A stretch of DNA of 63,680 bases, the filler included, from Lama guanicoe (taxonomy: Eukaryota), in assembly GCA_013239625.1 (NCBI GenBank). It is 171 parts of 171 records of this genome, joined end to end, with 100 filler letters (N's around TTAATTAATTAA, not from the genome) between each part and the next. Parts side by side here need not be neighbours in the genome. Positions count along the whole stretch, not along the records: positions 13,034 to 13,306 come from PNXV01051753.1; positions 13,407 to 13,679 come from PNXV01051754.1; positions 13,780 to 14,052 come from PNXV01051755.1; positions 14,153 to 14,425 come from PNXV01051756.1; positions 14,526 to 14,798 come from PNXV01051757.1; positions 14,899 to 15,171 come from PNXV01051758.1; positions 15,272 to 15,544 come from PNXV01051759.1; positions 15,645 to 15,917 come from PNXV01051760.1; 163 more parts are not named here. The stretch is one strand, 5' to 3'. Made by a program: the position numbers and the translations under genes. Shown one piece after another: positions 13,034 through 25,714 of this stretch. The notes under the pieces are model-generated. The model was given only the letters and a program-made list of their open reading frames with translations, did not search any database and was not told the origin of the DNA. How positions within the stretch are numbered: the first letter of the stretch is position 1; every line of letters starts with the position of its first letter.

Positions 13034-13306
13034 TACGAAGTGACATCCAATTGTGGTTTAGCTTTGCATTTCCCTGATGGTTGGTGATGCTGAGCATCTT
13101 TTCATGTGCCTGTTGGCTCTTTGTGTGTCTTCTTTGGAGAAAAGTCTATTCAAGCCCCTGGACTATGGTTTAACTGGGTTAATAATTTTATTGTCTTGCT
13201 ATTGACTTGTAGGAGTTCCTTATGTATTTTGGTTATTAACCTCTTACCAGATATACCGTTAGCAAATATTTTCTCCCATTCTGGAGCATGCCTTTTCACT
13301 CTTGTT
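13034..13306 (-). mobile_element. LINE-1 ORF2 3' region fragment
   Basis: TTTGCATTTCCCTGATG...GAGCATCTTTTCATGTGCCTGTTGG...GCAAATATTTTCTCCCATTC is antisense L1. Confidence 0.9.
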
Positions 13307-13406
13307 NNNNNNNNNNNNNNNNNNNNNNNNNNNNNNNNNNNNNNNNNNNNTTAATTAATTAANNNNNNNNNNNNNNNNNNNNNNNNNNNNNNNNNNNNNN
13401 NNNNNN

Positions 13407-13679
13407 TAGGTTTTGGTATGTTGTATTTCCATTTTCATTTGTCTCAAGATTTTTTTAAATTTCTCTTTTGATTTTTCCTTTGACCCATTGGTTGTTCAAT
13501 AGAATGTTGTTTAAGCTCCACATATTTGTGAAATTTCCAGTTGTTTCTTATAGCTGATTTCTAGTTCATACTATCATGGTGAAAAAGATGCTTGATATGA
13601 CTTTAACCTTTTAAAATTTATTAAGACTTCTTTTGTACCCTAACCCGTGATCCGTCTTGGAGAACGTTCCATGTGCACT
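13407..13679 (-). mobile_element. LINE-1 ORF2 fragment (endonuclease-proximal region)
   Basis: TTTTGGTATGTTGTATTTCCATTTTCATTTGTCTCAAG...CTTGGAGAACGTTCCATGTGCACT is antisense L1. Confidence 0.85.
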
Positions 13680-14898
13680 NNNNNNNNNNNNNNNNNNNNN
13701 NNNNNNNNNNNNNNNNNNNNNNNTTAATTAATTAANNNNNNNNNNNNNNNNNNNNNNNNNNNNNNNNNNNNNNNNNNNNAGAGCATCATCTGTAACTAAG
13801 TGAGAAGTAAGGGAGGGGAAACGGGTGCCGGGATTTAGATTAATCAGCCAGCCTATGGCTTTGTCTAAGGGTTATCTGTTGCCCCTGCTGGCTGGCCTCG
13901 CCTCCCAGAGGCCACCACAGAGAAAGGCATTTGACTTGAACTTGATGCGAGTCATGATGGGGAGGAAGAGGCTCTGACACACGAGAGCCAGTCATGGTCA
14001 GAAGTAGTGAAGACTTCTTTTAATATCATGGCTTTTCCCAAGCAGCTCATGANNNNNNNNNNNNNNNNNNNNNNNNNNNNNNNNNNNNNNNNNNNNTTAA
14101 TTAATTAANNNNNNNNNNNNNNNNNNNNNNNNNNNNNNNNNNNNNNNNNNNNTTTGACTAGTGAGTACAGGCAAAAAAATTGTACAACTTTTCATTTCTT
14201 CTCTCAAAAAAAAATTCTAAGCCTTAAGTTTGCTAATGAGTTATTTTGTAAAGAAACTAAGGTTTTTTGTCCTATATTGTTCTTAGAGTATGGGTATGTA
14301 TTTATTTTGATAACTGCATTTGTTTTTCTGCCCCAAATCAGAAATTTATCACCTTGATAAACCCCAAATAGGGATTTGATTGTAAATTATCAGCTTTATT
14401 TTCCCTGAGTTACTCTTTTTTTTTTNNNNNNNNNNNNNNNNNNNNNNNNNNNNNNNNNNNNNNNNNNNNTTAATTAATTAANNNNNNNNNNNNNNNNNNN
14501 NNNNNNNNNNNNNNNNNNNNNNNNNAGTAATTCATTCAAATGATTCTGTTTTTTATTTGAACTTTTTTTTGGCACCCATGCATACCAAAACTGTATCAGA
14601 ATCTGGTATGACAGTAGATGCATGCTGTAATATGAACGTGCAGTTTGACTTGTTAAGAGGAATAAGACAAACCTGGCAGCATTTCAAGAAAATTAAAAAT
14701 TCGATTTTTTTATGTTAATAAGAATTATTAGAAAGGTAATTTCAAACGGCAAATGACCAGGATTATTATACCTCTTGAGGAGTAAACTGAGGAGACATNN
14801 NNNNNNNNNNNNNNNNNNNNNNNNNNNNNNNNNNNNNNNNNNTTAATTAATTAANNNNNNNNNNNNNNNNNNNNNNNNNNNNNNNNNNNNNNNNNNNN

Positions 14899-15171
14899 AG
14901 GATAAATCAGATCAGTGGTTCCACCGGGGCTCCGTGGCCCAACGTGGTCAGCCTCCAGCCACGGGTGCCACTGGCCACTCAAAATGTGGCTGGTCCGAAC
15001 TGAAATGAGCTGCAAGTGCAAAATACACATCGGATACAGAAGAGTTGGTATAAACAAGTTAAAATACATCATTTATTTTTTTATATTGCTCACATGTCAA
15101 AGCAATTATATTTTGGGTATACTGGGTTAAATAAAAGTGACAAAAATGGGTTTGATCTGTTTCTTTCCAAT
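14899..15171 (+). mobile_element. MER33-like hAT-Charlie DNA transposon fragment; divergent second copy in reverse orientation at 35407..35679
   Basis: GCCACT.GCCAC...AAATGTGGCTGGT...AAAATACAC...TGGGTTAAATAAAA; aligns end to end with the reverse complement of 35407..35679. Confidence 0.7.
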
Positions 15172-15271
15172 NNNNNNNNNNNNNNNNNNNNNNNNNNNNN
15201 NNNNNNNNNNNNNNNTTAATTAATTAANNNNNNNNNNNNNNNNNNNNNNNNNNNNNNNNNNNNNNNNNNNN

Positions 15272-15544
15272 AACAAAACAAAAAGACAACCTATGGACTG
15301 GGAGAAAATATTTGCAAATGGTGGAACTGACAGGGTGTTTAATTTCCAAAATATACAAACAGCTCTTACAGCTCAACATCAAAAAAAATCAAAAAACCCA
15401 AAACCCCAAACCAACAATGCAATAGAAAAATGGGTGGAAGACCTAAACATACATTTCTCCAAAGAAGACATACAAACGGCCAACAGGCACATGAAAAGGT
15501 GCTCAACATCACAAATTACTGGAGAAATGCAAATCAAAATCACA
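15272..15544 (+). mobile_element. LINE-1 ORF2 fragment
   Basis: Translates to DWEKIFAN...[30 protein letters not shown]. Confidence 0.92.
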
Positions 15545-17509
15545 NNNNNNNNNNNNNNNNNNNNNNNNNNNNNNNNNNNNNNNNNNNNTTAATTAATTAA
15601 NNNNNNNNNNNNNNNNNNNNNNNNNNNNNNNNNNNNNNNNNNNNTACAGCAAGGTGGGGTCCGGGGGCTGGAGGGCCCCTTCTCGCTGGCGGCACTGGAA
15701 CGGCCTCCCAGTTCCTGAAATGGGTGCACTGTGGTGCCCAGACGCAGGACACGCTTGCGGCGCAAAGAGCAGAGTCCAGCTTTCACGCCTACAGGAGGCG
15801 CGGGGTCAGAATCCTTGCGGTGGGAGGGCGGAAGCAAGATGCTGTAGTCACCGCCTCTTCACCCCACGGGTGCGGGGTGGCTGACCCCACAACGCTGGCC
15901 CTGGGCAGAGGAAGGACNNNNNNNNNNNNNNNNNNNNNNNNNNNNNNNNNNNNNNNNNNNNTTAATTAATTAANNNNNNNNNNNNNNNNNNNNNNNNNNN
16001 NNNNNNNNNNNNNNNNNTTTTTTACCTCCCAGTCCCCAGTATTTCTGTATTCAACTTCCTTGCTTCAGTTTTTCCTCTGTAATACCTATCAGCATCCAGC
16101 ATACTGTACTTTTTATTTGTTTATTCATCTTGTTTACTGTGTGACTCCCAAGTAGAATACAATTTCCATAAAAGAAGAGATTTTCATCTGTTTGGATCAC
16201 TACTGACTTCCTAGTATCAGTAACAGTCAAAAAATACTGAACGAATGGACCAAAATTTGTCTTCAGTGTGTCAGTCTCTGCCATTGTTTTNNNNNNNNNN
16301 NNNNNNNNNNNNNNNNNNNNNNNNNNNNNNNNNNTTAATTAATTAANNNNNNNNNNNNNNNNNNNNNNNNNNNNNNNNNNNNNNNNNNNNGTAAGTCTGT
16401 AGAATTTTTGTCTAGTGTCTGAACTGACATAAGACCTATGGAAAATGTTCTCTCAGACTATGCAGTTTGCCAGACTCTTTGAAAGGATTTATCCCAAGCA
16501 GCACAGAGAGGAGCAGGAAGAGTGAGATACAGAAGGACAGAAGCAAGGAAAGGGTGAATAACTTAGCTGGCTTACACCCTGGGACCTGGATCTCAATCCC
16601 ACAGGGGACTTTGGTAAACTAGGTAGAATGTCCCCACAGCTGTCCCTCTGAAGGACAACAGCTNNNNNNNNNNNNNNNNNNNNNNNNNNNNNNNNNNNNN
16701 NNNNNNNTTAATTAATTAANNNNNNNNNNNNNNNNNNNNNNNNNNNNNNNNNNNNNNNNNNNNATAGAAAGCATTAAAAGTGTAGACACTTGAAAGACCT
16801 AAAAATAATACACACAGGGAAAAAAAAAAGATAAGAATGAACACAGACTTTGTGACACAAATAATGGGAAGCAGAAGAAAATTGAGCAACCTCTTTAAAA
16901 CACTGGAAAAATATCAAACAATAATTCTATATCCGGCAAAAATGTAATTTAGAAACTCAAAGAAATATACATTTTCCTTATTTGTTCCTGGTAATGACCA
17001 AGTAAGCTTTGCTAAGACATGCCACCTCACAGTTAANNNNNNNNNNNNNNNNNNNNNNNNNNNNNNNNNNNNNNNNNNNNTTAATTAATTAANNNNNNNN
17101 NNNNNNNNNNNNNNNNNNNNNNNNNNNNNNNNNNNNGGTGAAAACTGTGAAAGTTGAATTATTTCTATGGTATTATCTATATATTTATATAAACAACTCA
17201 TCAGGATATTATTATAAAGTTAAGATCAAGAAAAAACTACAATAAAATTGTAAATGATTTTAGTTTGTTTGAATTAATGCAAAAATATTGAAGAGCAAGG
17301 ATAACTTATTTAATAGCAAACATTGGAATGAAATAAGATATGCTAAGGTGTATTAGTACCTCAAATTTAAACTTTCAGAAATTGTGGGTTTTATCAGACA
17401 CTGACCACANNNNNNNNNNNNNNNNNNNNNNNNNNNNNNNNNNNNNNNNNNNNTTAATTAATTAANNNNNNNNNNNNNNNNNNNNNNNNNNNNNNNNNNN
17501 NNNNNNNNN

Positions 17510-17543
17510 ATCTATCTATCTATCATCTATCTATCTATCTATC
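17510..17543 (+). repeat. (TCTA)n microsatellite at the contig edge
   Basis: ATCTATCTATCTATCATCTATCTATCTATCTATC. Confidence 0.9.
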
Positions 17544-18480
17544 AAGGAGACTTGTCTTAGGATGAGAGACAATAGAGAATATCTGTATGCTGACTTATTC
17601 CACTAAGGAGGAAGAAAGAGTTGTATGATGCAAAAGAGAAAAGATATCTGAAGAAGCAGAATCCTTCGAGACCTGAGACAGAAATGGATGCAGAACCCAT
17701 GTGGAAGGGTGAGCCTTTGAAAAGCAAAAGAAAAGTATTCCATTGTAGCTGGAAGGAAGAGCAAAAAAAAAAAAAAAAAAGGNNNNNNNNNNNNNNNNNN
17801 NNNNNNNNNNNNNNNNNNNNNNNNNNTTAATTAATTAANNNNNNNNNNNNNNNNNNNNNNNNNNNNNNNNNNNNNNNNNNNNAAAAAAATTTATCAACTA
17901 AAGTACAAGTCTTATGTAAAGTTTCTTTTGCCTTTAGTCTTACAAACTCCACTTATTTCCAAAGGTGCTTAGGTCAGCATCTCACTCCTCAAGTCCTTTA
18001 AGTAAGTTTGCTTCATACAGTTGTAGTACATTTATATTAGTTTGCTTCATTCTGAGTTCCATCCTGAGATCACCTGACTTCCTAAATGATTTTTTCAAAA
18101 TTTGTGACCATGGGTTTTATTCTTTGTTTTGTAATGTTCTAGAGATTTTGACAAGNNNNNNNNNNNNNNNNNNNNNNNNNNNNNNNNNNNNNNNNNNNNT
18201 TAATTAATTAANNNNNNNNNNNNNNNNNNNNNNNNNNNNNNNNNNNNNNNNNNNNAATTGAAATTTTAATGAAAAAATTATCACCTATTTCTGCATGACC
18301 CTGTTTATATTTTTGATGCATTTCCTTCCCATATACTTTCCAATGCACTTTTACAGTTTCAATCATTTCCTGAGTACAACATATGTAACACTGTGTACGT
18401 ATTTCATAATATCACTAAAATACTTCGCCTTGTAAAATACGTGTCTGTTAAGAGTTTATTGAAAATATTTCATGTTCCAA

Positions 18481-18527
18481 GGGGGAGGGTATAGCTCAGT
18501 GGTAGAGCACATGCTTAGCGTGCACAA
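18481..18527 (+). mobile_element. Vic-1-type SINE 5' end, truncated by the contig end
   Basis: GGGGGAGGGTATAGCTCAGTGGTAGAGCACATGCTTAGCGTGCACAA, a tRNA-like head with an A box. Confidence 0.85.
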
Positions 18528-19373
18528 NNNNNNNNNNNNNNNNNNNNNNNNNNNNNNNNNNNNNNNNNNNNTTAATTAATTAANNNNNNNNNNNNNNNNN
18601 NNNNNNNNNNNNNNNNNNNNNNNNNNNCCGGCCCTCCCCGCCACCTTCCCCAGCTCCACGGAAGCTTGCCCGGCGCAGACCAGGAACACGGAGACAGGAC
18701 GGACGTGAACAGCTCATTCCCCACACGAGCAAGCAGAGCCGCACCTGGGTCACGGCTCTGCCTGCAGGGCCCTCCTCCGCCCCGCAGGGGCTGCCCCTGG
18801 GCGCAAAGAGCCCTGGGCAGCTGGGCATCCCGGAGTCCTGCGGGGGAGCTGGCCAAGGGCTCCTGAGGGGACAAGGCTGTCCTCAGAAGGGACTCAGGCT
18901 NNNNNNNNNNNNNNNNNNNNNNNNNNNNNNNNNNNNNNNNNNNNTTAATTAATTAANNNNNNNNNNNNNNNNNNNNNNNNNNNNNNNNNNNNNNNNNNNN
19001 GGGCAGCCTGATCCCAGCGCCGGTGCTGGAGTAACGGCCAGGCTGCCCCGCTCGCCCAGGGCCAGCCCGGGTACCTACTGCGCCACTGCCCTCTGCGGAC
19101 ACACCCAGTGCTGGGCGCACCCAGGCTGCAGTGGCCGAGCTGATCCTGGCCACTGTCCCTCCGGGGTCCAGCTGAATCCGACAGGATGAGAAAGTGGCTC
19201 TAGCCACCACTCTGTGGAATAAGTCACTCGATCTGCCGTGGATGGATCTGCAGTGGCCGCTGCAGCGGAGAGTNNNNNNNNNNNNNNNNNNNNNNNNNNN
19301 NNNNNNNNNNNNNNNNNTTAATTAATTAANNNNNNNNNNNNNNNNNNNNNNNNNNNNNNNNNNNNNNNNNNNN

Positions 19374-19543
19374 AAAATAGATAAACAACAAGGACCTACT
19401 GTGTAGCACAGGGAACTATATCCAATATTTTGTAATAACCTATAATGGAAAACAATCTGAAAAAATATATATAACTGAATCCCTTTGCTGTACACCTGGA
19501 ACTATGTAACATCGTAAATCAACTACACTCCAATTAAAAAAAA
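19374..19543 (+). mobile_element. Artiodactyl-type LINE-1 3' end with poly(A)
   Basis: AACAACAAGGACCTACTGTGTAGCACAGGGAACTATAT...GCTGTACACCTG...GTAAATCAACTACACTCCAATTAAAAAAAA. Confidence 0.85.
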
Positions 19544-20865
19544 TGAGTACATTACAATCATTGGTAATGATTTGAACATCCTCTGTCTAGAATAACGACA
19601 GTGTCATTAATTTAAATCCAAATGTACTCATGAACTAAGAGTACTTNNNNNNNNNNNNNNNNNNNNNNNNNNNNNNNNNNNNNNNNNNNNTTAATTAATT
19701 AANNNNNNNNNNNNNNNNNNNNNNNNNNNNNNNNNNNNNNNNNNNNCAGTCTCATTTTTTTTTGCAAATATTATGTTGGTGATATATTTACTTGGATTTC
19801 CTATAATGAATGAATAAAAAGAGAGGGTAGATTAGAATTAAATATTTGTGGGGTAGAAGGGCTCCCTCCTCTTCAGTTATTTTTTTAAATATACAAAAAT
19901 GGTTAAAAGAGTTTCAGCACTGGAAAGCTAGAGGACCAGCAGATAAGAGCAGGCTTTGGGGAGAGGTGGGTGGAAGGAAAGAATGGCCACGTGAGGGGTT
20001 ATCTGAGGGTCTTGGCAGCNNNNNNNNNNNNNNNNNNNNNNNNNNNNNNNNNNNNNNNNNNNNTTAATTAATTAANNNNNNNNNNNNNNNNNNNNNNNNN
20101 NNNNNNNNNNNNNNNNNNNCACTGGGGCATATTGCCCCTGATACAGACATAAAGCTCATTCTTCTAGGATATTTTATTTGGAATAAAATATTAATCAAGG
20201 GATGGGAGACAGAATGGCAAAATTAGACAGAAGAATGACCCCAGTTAGAGGTAGTCATGAGGGATTCACAGTAATTCATTTTTTGATAATCTTTTTAAAT
20301 AACATTGTACTGAGGATCACAGAAAGACCACATGTATTCTTAATAATCTAGTTAATGTGGTAGCACTGCAGAGACTCATCAAAATAGATTATNNNNNNNN
20401 NNNNNNNNNNNNNNNNNNNNNNNNNNNNNNNNNNNNTTAATTAATTAANNNNNNNNNNNNNNNNNNNNNNNNNNNNNNNNNNNNNNNNNNNNACTGAGAG
20501 TGATGCTCCAGGACTGTCGGCACTTGGATATGTCTGGGGTTCGGGAGGTTGGCGGTGGTCTTTGGAGACAGTGAGCGAGACACCGAGAACTTAAGAGGGG
20601 GAAGTGAGAGTGAGGGGATGTTGGTCTGACGCAAGTGTGTTTAGTGGTAGAGAAGCACTTTGGACAGGCAGGAATTCTTTATCTTCCCAGTGTGCACGTC
20701 GCCACCCCTTCCCCCACCCCGGACCATGAGTCACGGTTTTCCTGGCTATCCGGCGGGACGGCAGTNNNNNNNNNNNNNNNNNNNNNNNNNNNNNNNNNNN
20801 NNNNNNNNNTTAATTAATTAANNNNNNNNNNNNNNNNNNNNNNNNNNNNNNNNNNNNNNNNNNNN

Positions 20866-21138
20866 GCGGGCGGCAGCCTCCCTCGGAGCCCCGGGGGCAG
20901 AGTGGACCGTCAGGTACAGGTGTGGTGCGCCGAGGCGTGCCCGGCCGGGGGACGCGCGCCCTGGGCCGGTGGGGGCTGGGCTCCGAGGCGGGAGCGCGGG
21001 CGGCCGGGGCCTCCGAAGAACCCGGCGGTCCTGTCCCACCTGCGCGGGACCGCGCGAGGCCACCTCGTAACCGAATCTGTGCTTTTTTGCAGGCACCGAC
21101 CGTCACGAGCTAACTTCCTGGAAGAGCTTCCCGTCTAT
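20866..21138. promoter_or_regulatory. CpG-island fragment
   Basis: Very GC-rich with many undepleted CpGs, unlike the surrounding contigs. Confidence 0.7.
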
Positions 21139-22846
21139 NNNNNNNNNNNNNNNNNNNNNNNNNNNNNNNNNNNNNNNNNNNNTTAATTAATTAANNNNNN
21201 NNNNNNNNNNNNNNNNNNNNNNNNNNNNNNNNNNNNNNCAGTGAATGAAACCTATAAAGAGCCTGCTAGCTTGGAGCTTACCATCCAGCATGGGGAGAAT
21301 AATCATTTATATGTTTACATCTCTCTTGGATCTGGACCCCTCCCCTCTCCCTGCAACTGCTACCCCATCTCTCCTTCCCTTTAAAGGAAACACCATCAGA
21401 GGATTTTGTAGACTCTGCTCCAACTGGTCTGATGAAATTATTTGTCTGTGAGAAGAGCTTTCTGGGTAGAACAAATAGCAAGTTGACAGGGGTGTTCATG
21501 GAATTCCAAAANNNNNNNNNNNNNNNNNNNNNNNNNNNNNNNNNNNNNNNNNNNNTTAATTAATTAANNNNNNNNNNNNNNNNNNNNNNNNNNNNNNNNN
21601 NNNNNNNNNNNATTTTCTCATTTTCCTTCAGCAAGTGTGTAGTAGGGGTTAATAAAATGCGTATGCATGCCCAGCACTAGAATGAGACCTGTAAGACTTA
21701 GGTTACTGTCTCAGGTCTGCATCCATAAGGGGCTGCATCTTAGGTGACCTGTCCGTGGCTGTGGTCTGCTAGCTCCATTGGCAGTTCGAGTGTGGGCGAG
21801 ACCACCTCCATTCCAGGTATAGAACACGTGGGGTCCAGGAAGCACACGGTAACCCTTGTCCCCTGCAATTCCTCTGCCTGTGGCNNNNNNNNNNNNNNNN
21901 NNNNNNNNNNNNNNNNNNNNNNNNNNNNTTAATTAATTAANNNNNNNNNNNNNNNNNNNNNNNNNNNNNNNNNNNNNNNNNNNNAATGTTGCTTTGTAGA
22001 CAAAGCTAAACTATTTTTATTTATACCTCTGTGATTCATAAAACACATAGCACAACAAATTTAAAATGCTATAGAAATACGATTCATAACTAAATCTTAA
22101 TTCCAAGTAGATTAGTTTGTTTGTTTTCTCTTGAACTTTGGTGTTTAGCAATCATCAATTTTTATCATACCTAGTAATTTAGTACAATTACCTGGAATTT
22201 AATGGTGCTAACTTTGGTCATAAAAGGTCATTAATAGCAATGAATATTTGTTTAATGNNNNNNNNNNNNNNNNNNNNNNNNNNNNNNNNNNNNNNNNNNN
22301 NTTAATTAATTAANNNNNNNNNNNNNNNNNNNNNNNNNNNNNNNNNNNNNNNNNNNNCTAATCACTGCTCGGTAGATCTTTTTCTTCTATGAGAAGAATT
22401 AACAATGAATTTTTTTTCTCCCTTTTCCTTTTTGAGAGGTGTGTGTTATTAGAGAGACAGAACCCGTGGAATGTGGTGGGCTGAAAGCTTTATGGAGCTG
22501 TATTCTAGGAGATGTATCAGTTTGCATCTAGGAAGTAAAATAAATATGGTACAAAGGCAAACACTAGGCGTGTCTAACAGTTGCTTTTTGGGGGCGGGGG
22601 TTTAGATAATTTGGTTTATTTATTTATTTANNNNNNNNNNNNNNNNNNNNNNNNNNNNNNNNNNNNNNNNNNNNTTAATTAATTAANNNNNNNNNNNNNN
22701 NNNNNNNNNNNNNNNNNNNNNNNNNNNNNNCGCGTTCTGGGTGCCGGGCTGTCCGAATGGAGGCTGTTTCTACTCGGCTACGATCACCTGTTAGGTCACA
22801 GGTCCGTCCTGCCGGGAGTTTAAGTGTGCGTGTGTATGAGCGGGAG

Positions 22847-22937
22847 TTAGTGGGCTTCTGGCGGTGCGATCTGTGGCCTTGGAGGAGAAGGGTCCTCGAT
22901 GTCGTCGTCCTCCTCACAGGTGTCCCTGCCTCCATGG
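22847..22937 (-). CDS. Candidate terminal coding exon (HGGRDTCEEDDDIEDPSPPRPQIAPPEAH-stop); gene not identified
   Basis: C/T-rich tract ending in CAG on the minus strand, then 1 nt plus 29 codons of acidic/Pro-rich protein-like sequence and TAA at 22847..22849. Confidence 0.45.
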
Positions 22938-23105
22938 CTGTCGAGGTGGCAGTAGGAACAGGGGGACAGTGGGAGGCGGACGGCAGGGAGTCGGGTGAAG
23001 ATGNNNNNNNNNNNNNNNNNNNNNNNNNNNNNNNNNNNNNNNNNNNNTTAATTAATTAANNNNNNNNNNNNNNNNNNNNNNNNNNNNNNNNNNNNNNNNN
23101 NNNCC

Positions 23106-23375
23106 GCTGGGCTCCAGGTTACACTTGTCTTGCTCGGAGCAGGCGTCCTTCCTGGGCGCGGCGCTGTGGTCGCAGGCGGCGGGCGCGCCCTTGGGCTGCT
23201 GGGTGTTGTCGGGGATGCAGGCCAGGACGCCGGGGCACCTCTTCTCCGAGGGGCCGTCGTCGGGGGCCGCGAGGCGCGGACTCGGGGCCTCCGGGCCCGG
23301 GGCCCCCTCGGGGAGGCTCCCATTCACGTTCTGGGCCGCGCCGTCGCCGGCGGGCCGCGGCGCACTCTCCTTGGC
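23106..23375 (-). CDS. Internal part of a large GC-rich coding exon (AKESAPRPAGDGAAQNVNGSLPEG...KDACSEQDKCNLEPS); gene not identified
   Basis: 90 open codons span the whole contig, and 85 of 90 have G/C at the third position, a strong coding-frame signature. Confidence 0.65.
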
Positions 23376-24222
23376 GNNNNNNNNNNNNNNNNNNNNNNNN
23401 NNNNNNNNNNNNNNNNNNNNTTAATTAATTAANNNNNNNNNNNNNNNNNNNNNNNNNNNNNNNNNNNNNNNNNNNNTGGAGAAGGCCTGTGGGAAGGAGT
23501 GAGTGAGTGAATGAATTAACGACTTTCCTTGTCCCTCTATGGGTTTCTCGAGAGCTCTGCTTTTCCCACGGATGTCCCAGAAGACGACTTTGCTCGTGTC
23601 CACGGACGCTCACAACTCAGGGCACCTGGCAAGGGCCTGAGACTTTCTCTTTCCTTCCCCGACCCAGGCCCCTCCTGGGTTTCTGCTCTCTTGACTCTGC
23701 AGGGAGTCACCCAGGAGACAAGGGTGTTGTCTCCCAGTGCTTGGGGAGCNNNNNNNNNNNNNNNNNNNNNNNNNNNNNNNNNNNNNNNNNNNNTTAATTA
23801 ATTAANNNNNNNNNNNNNNNNNNNNNNNNNNNNNNNNNNNNNNNNNNNNTTTTAGGGCTTTCAACTTATACCATCAATTAACATTGAAGAGAGATGTGAG
23901 GAAAACTCCAACTATAACTTTATGCTCATTTGGGCTCTTCTCCCCATCCCATCCCCAGTCCCTGCCTCTCCTACCGCTTTTGGTTATTCTCTTATTTTAT
24001 TCATTAAAAAGTTTTTGAATAGCCCTTCCATGCCAGGAGGGCACAAACGTAGGGAAAGTAATTAAAGCCTTCCGACCTCTGTATCTCAGGCACCAGTTTC
24101 CTTCCCCAGAAGGAACCTTCTCNNNNNNNNNNNNNNNNNNNNNNNNNNNNNNNNNNNNNNNNNNNNTTAATTAATTAANNNNNNNNNNNNNNNNNNNNNN
24201 NNNNNNNNNNNNNNNNNNNNNN

Positions 24223-24495
24223 ATTTTTGTGACTCCCTTGTAAGTTTTTGGTTTGTGGTTACCCTGTTTTGTAATTCTATTAAACCATTACTATAACTGT
24301 TTTAATTAAATTGGTTATAGTATAATCTCCAACCCATCCTACCGAGAACAAAAAAAAAAATTAAAAAGAAAAAAAAACTCATATTTTTCTTGCTTTCCTC
24401 TCCCATTCTTAATAATTTAAATGTCTTCTTTTACAATTTTGTGGTTTTTTATTTGTAATTCATGATTTATCACCTTTCCAGTTGTGAGTTTCTCA
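24223..24495 (-). mobile_element. LINE-1 fragment (ORF1 end/inter-ORF region)
   Basis: TTTTTGGTTTGTGGTTACCCTG...CACCTTTCCAGTTGTGAGTTTCTCA resembles antisense L1. Confidence 0.6.
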
Positions 24496-25714
24496 NNNNN
24501 NNNNNNNNNNNNNNNNNNNNNNNNNNNNNNNNNNNNNNNTTAATTAATTAANNNNNNNNNNNNNNNNNNNNNNNNNNNNNNNNNNNNNNNNNNNNTAAAC
24601 ACTTATTAAATGAACCAATGAATGGGATCACGCCCCACAGAAGCCCGGCCACAACCCAAGTATACGATCAATTTTTACAATCAACGTGACTATTTGCCCA
24701 GTGTGCCTGCATGGTAAGAAAAGAGGGTCTTTTTAAACCCACTTCACAGCTGTGAAAACTGAGGCCAAGAGGTTTAGGGAGGCAGAGGGGTCATAGAACC
24801 CAAGCCCAGCTCAGCCCACCCAGGTAGGCAGCCCCACCCTACCCAAAACATTGTGGTACCTTCCATCTNNNNNNNNNNNNNNNNNNNNNNNNNNNNNNNN
24901 NNNNNNNNNNNNTTAATTAATTAANNNNNNNNNNNNNNNNNNNNNNNNNNNNNNNNNNNNNNNNNNNNTTTTTTTCACTGTGAGCTCATGAGGCCCTGCA
25001 CTCACTAGGCTGCTCAGTGTGTACAGAGAACAAGTCAGCGGTCCCTACCAGCCTCATGCCCTCTCCTGTGACTCCCTTCCCCAACTCATGTCTGAAGTGA
25101 CTCCAAGATCACAGCCCTTTCCGGGAAGATGCTCCCCTTCACCACTGATGCAGCAGTGTTTCCAGCTACAGAACAAAGGGGTCTCTCCTAGATTGTCTCT
25201 CTCTGGAAATGATGAATAAGACAACCCCCAGCCCCCTGATANNNNNNNNNNNNNNNNNNNNNNNNNNNNNNNNNNNNNNNNNNNNTTAATTAATTAANNN
25301 NNNNNNNNNNNNNNNNNNNNNNNNNNNNNNNNNNNNNNNNNAACAGACTCTTTGCTAAGTTGGACAGATACCCACAACAGATATATTTCTGCTGGTTCAG
25401 AACTAACCCAGTTCCAACTAGAAGAACCAGCTCCCCACTTAGATCTCAATCACATATTACCTGTCTGAAGACCTAGGTCTTAGAAGAAAATTTCTAACCT
25501 AAAGCTTAAAGTAATGTAAGTGAGGTTGCATTGGGGGAGAAGGACATTGAATTTTGGGGGGACAATGTGTTTTAATAATAATAAGAAATCATACCAGTCA
25601 GAATGGCCATCATTNNNNNNNNNNNNNNNNNNNNNNNNNNNNNNNNNNNNNNNNNNNNTTAATTAATTAANNNNNNNNNNNNNNNNNNNNNNNNNNNNNN
25701 NNNNNNNNNNNNNN

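Noticed and set aside
18481..18527. tRNA gene (also 5631..5706 and 52033..52092)
   Set aside because: These are tRNA-derived SINE heads: diverged stems and, where visible, the SINE-specific tail and poly(A).
19001..19273. GC-rich fragment as an exon or an L1 5' UTR
   Set aside because: No convincing splice signals or codon bias, and I could not assign it to a repeat family with confidence.
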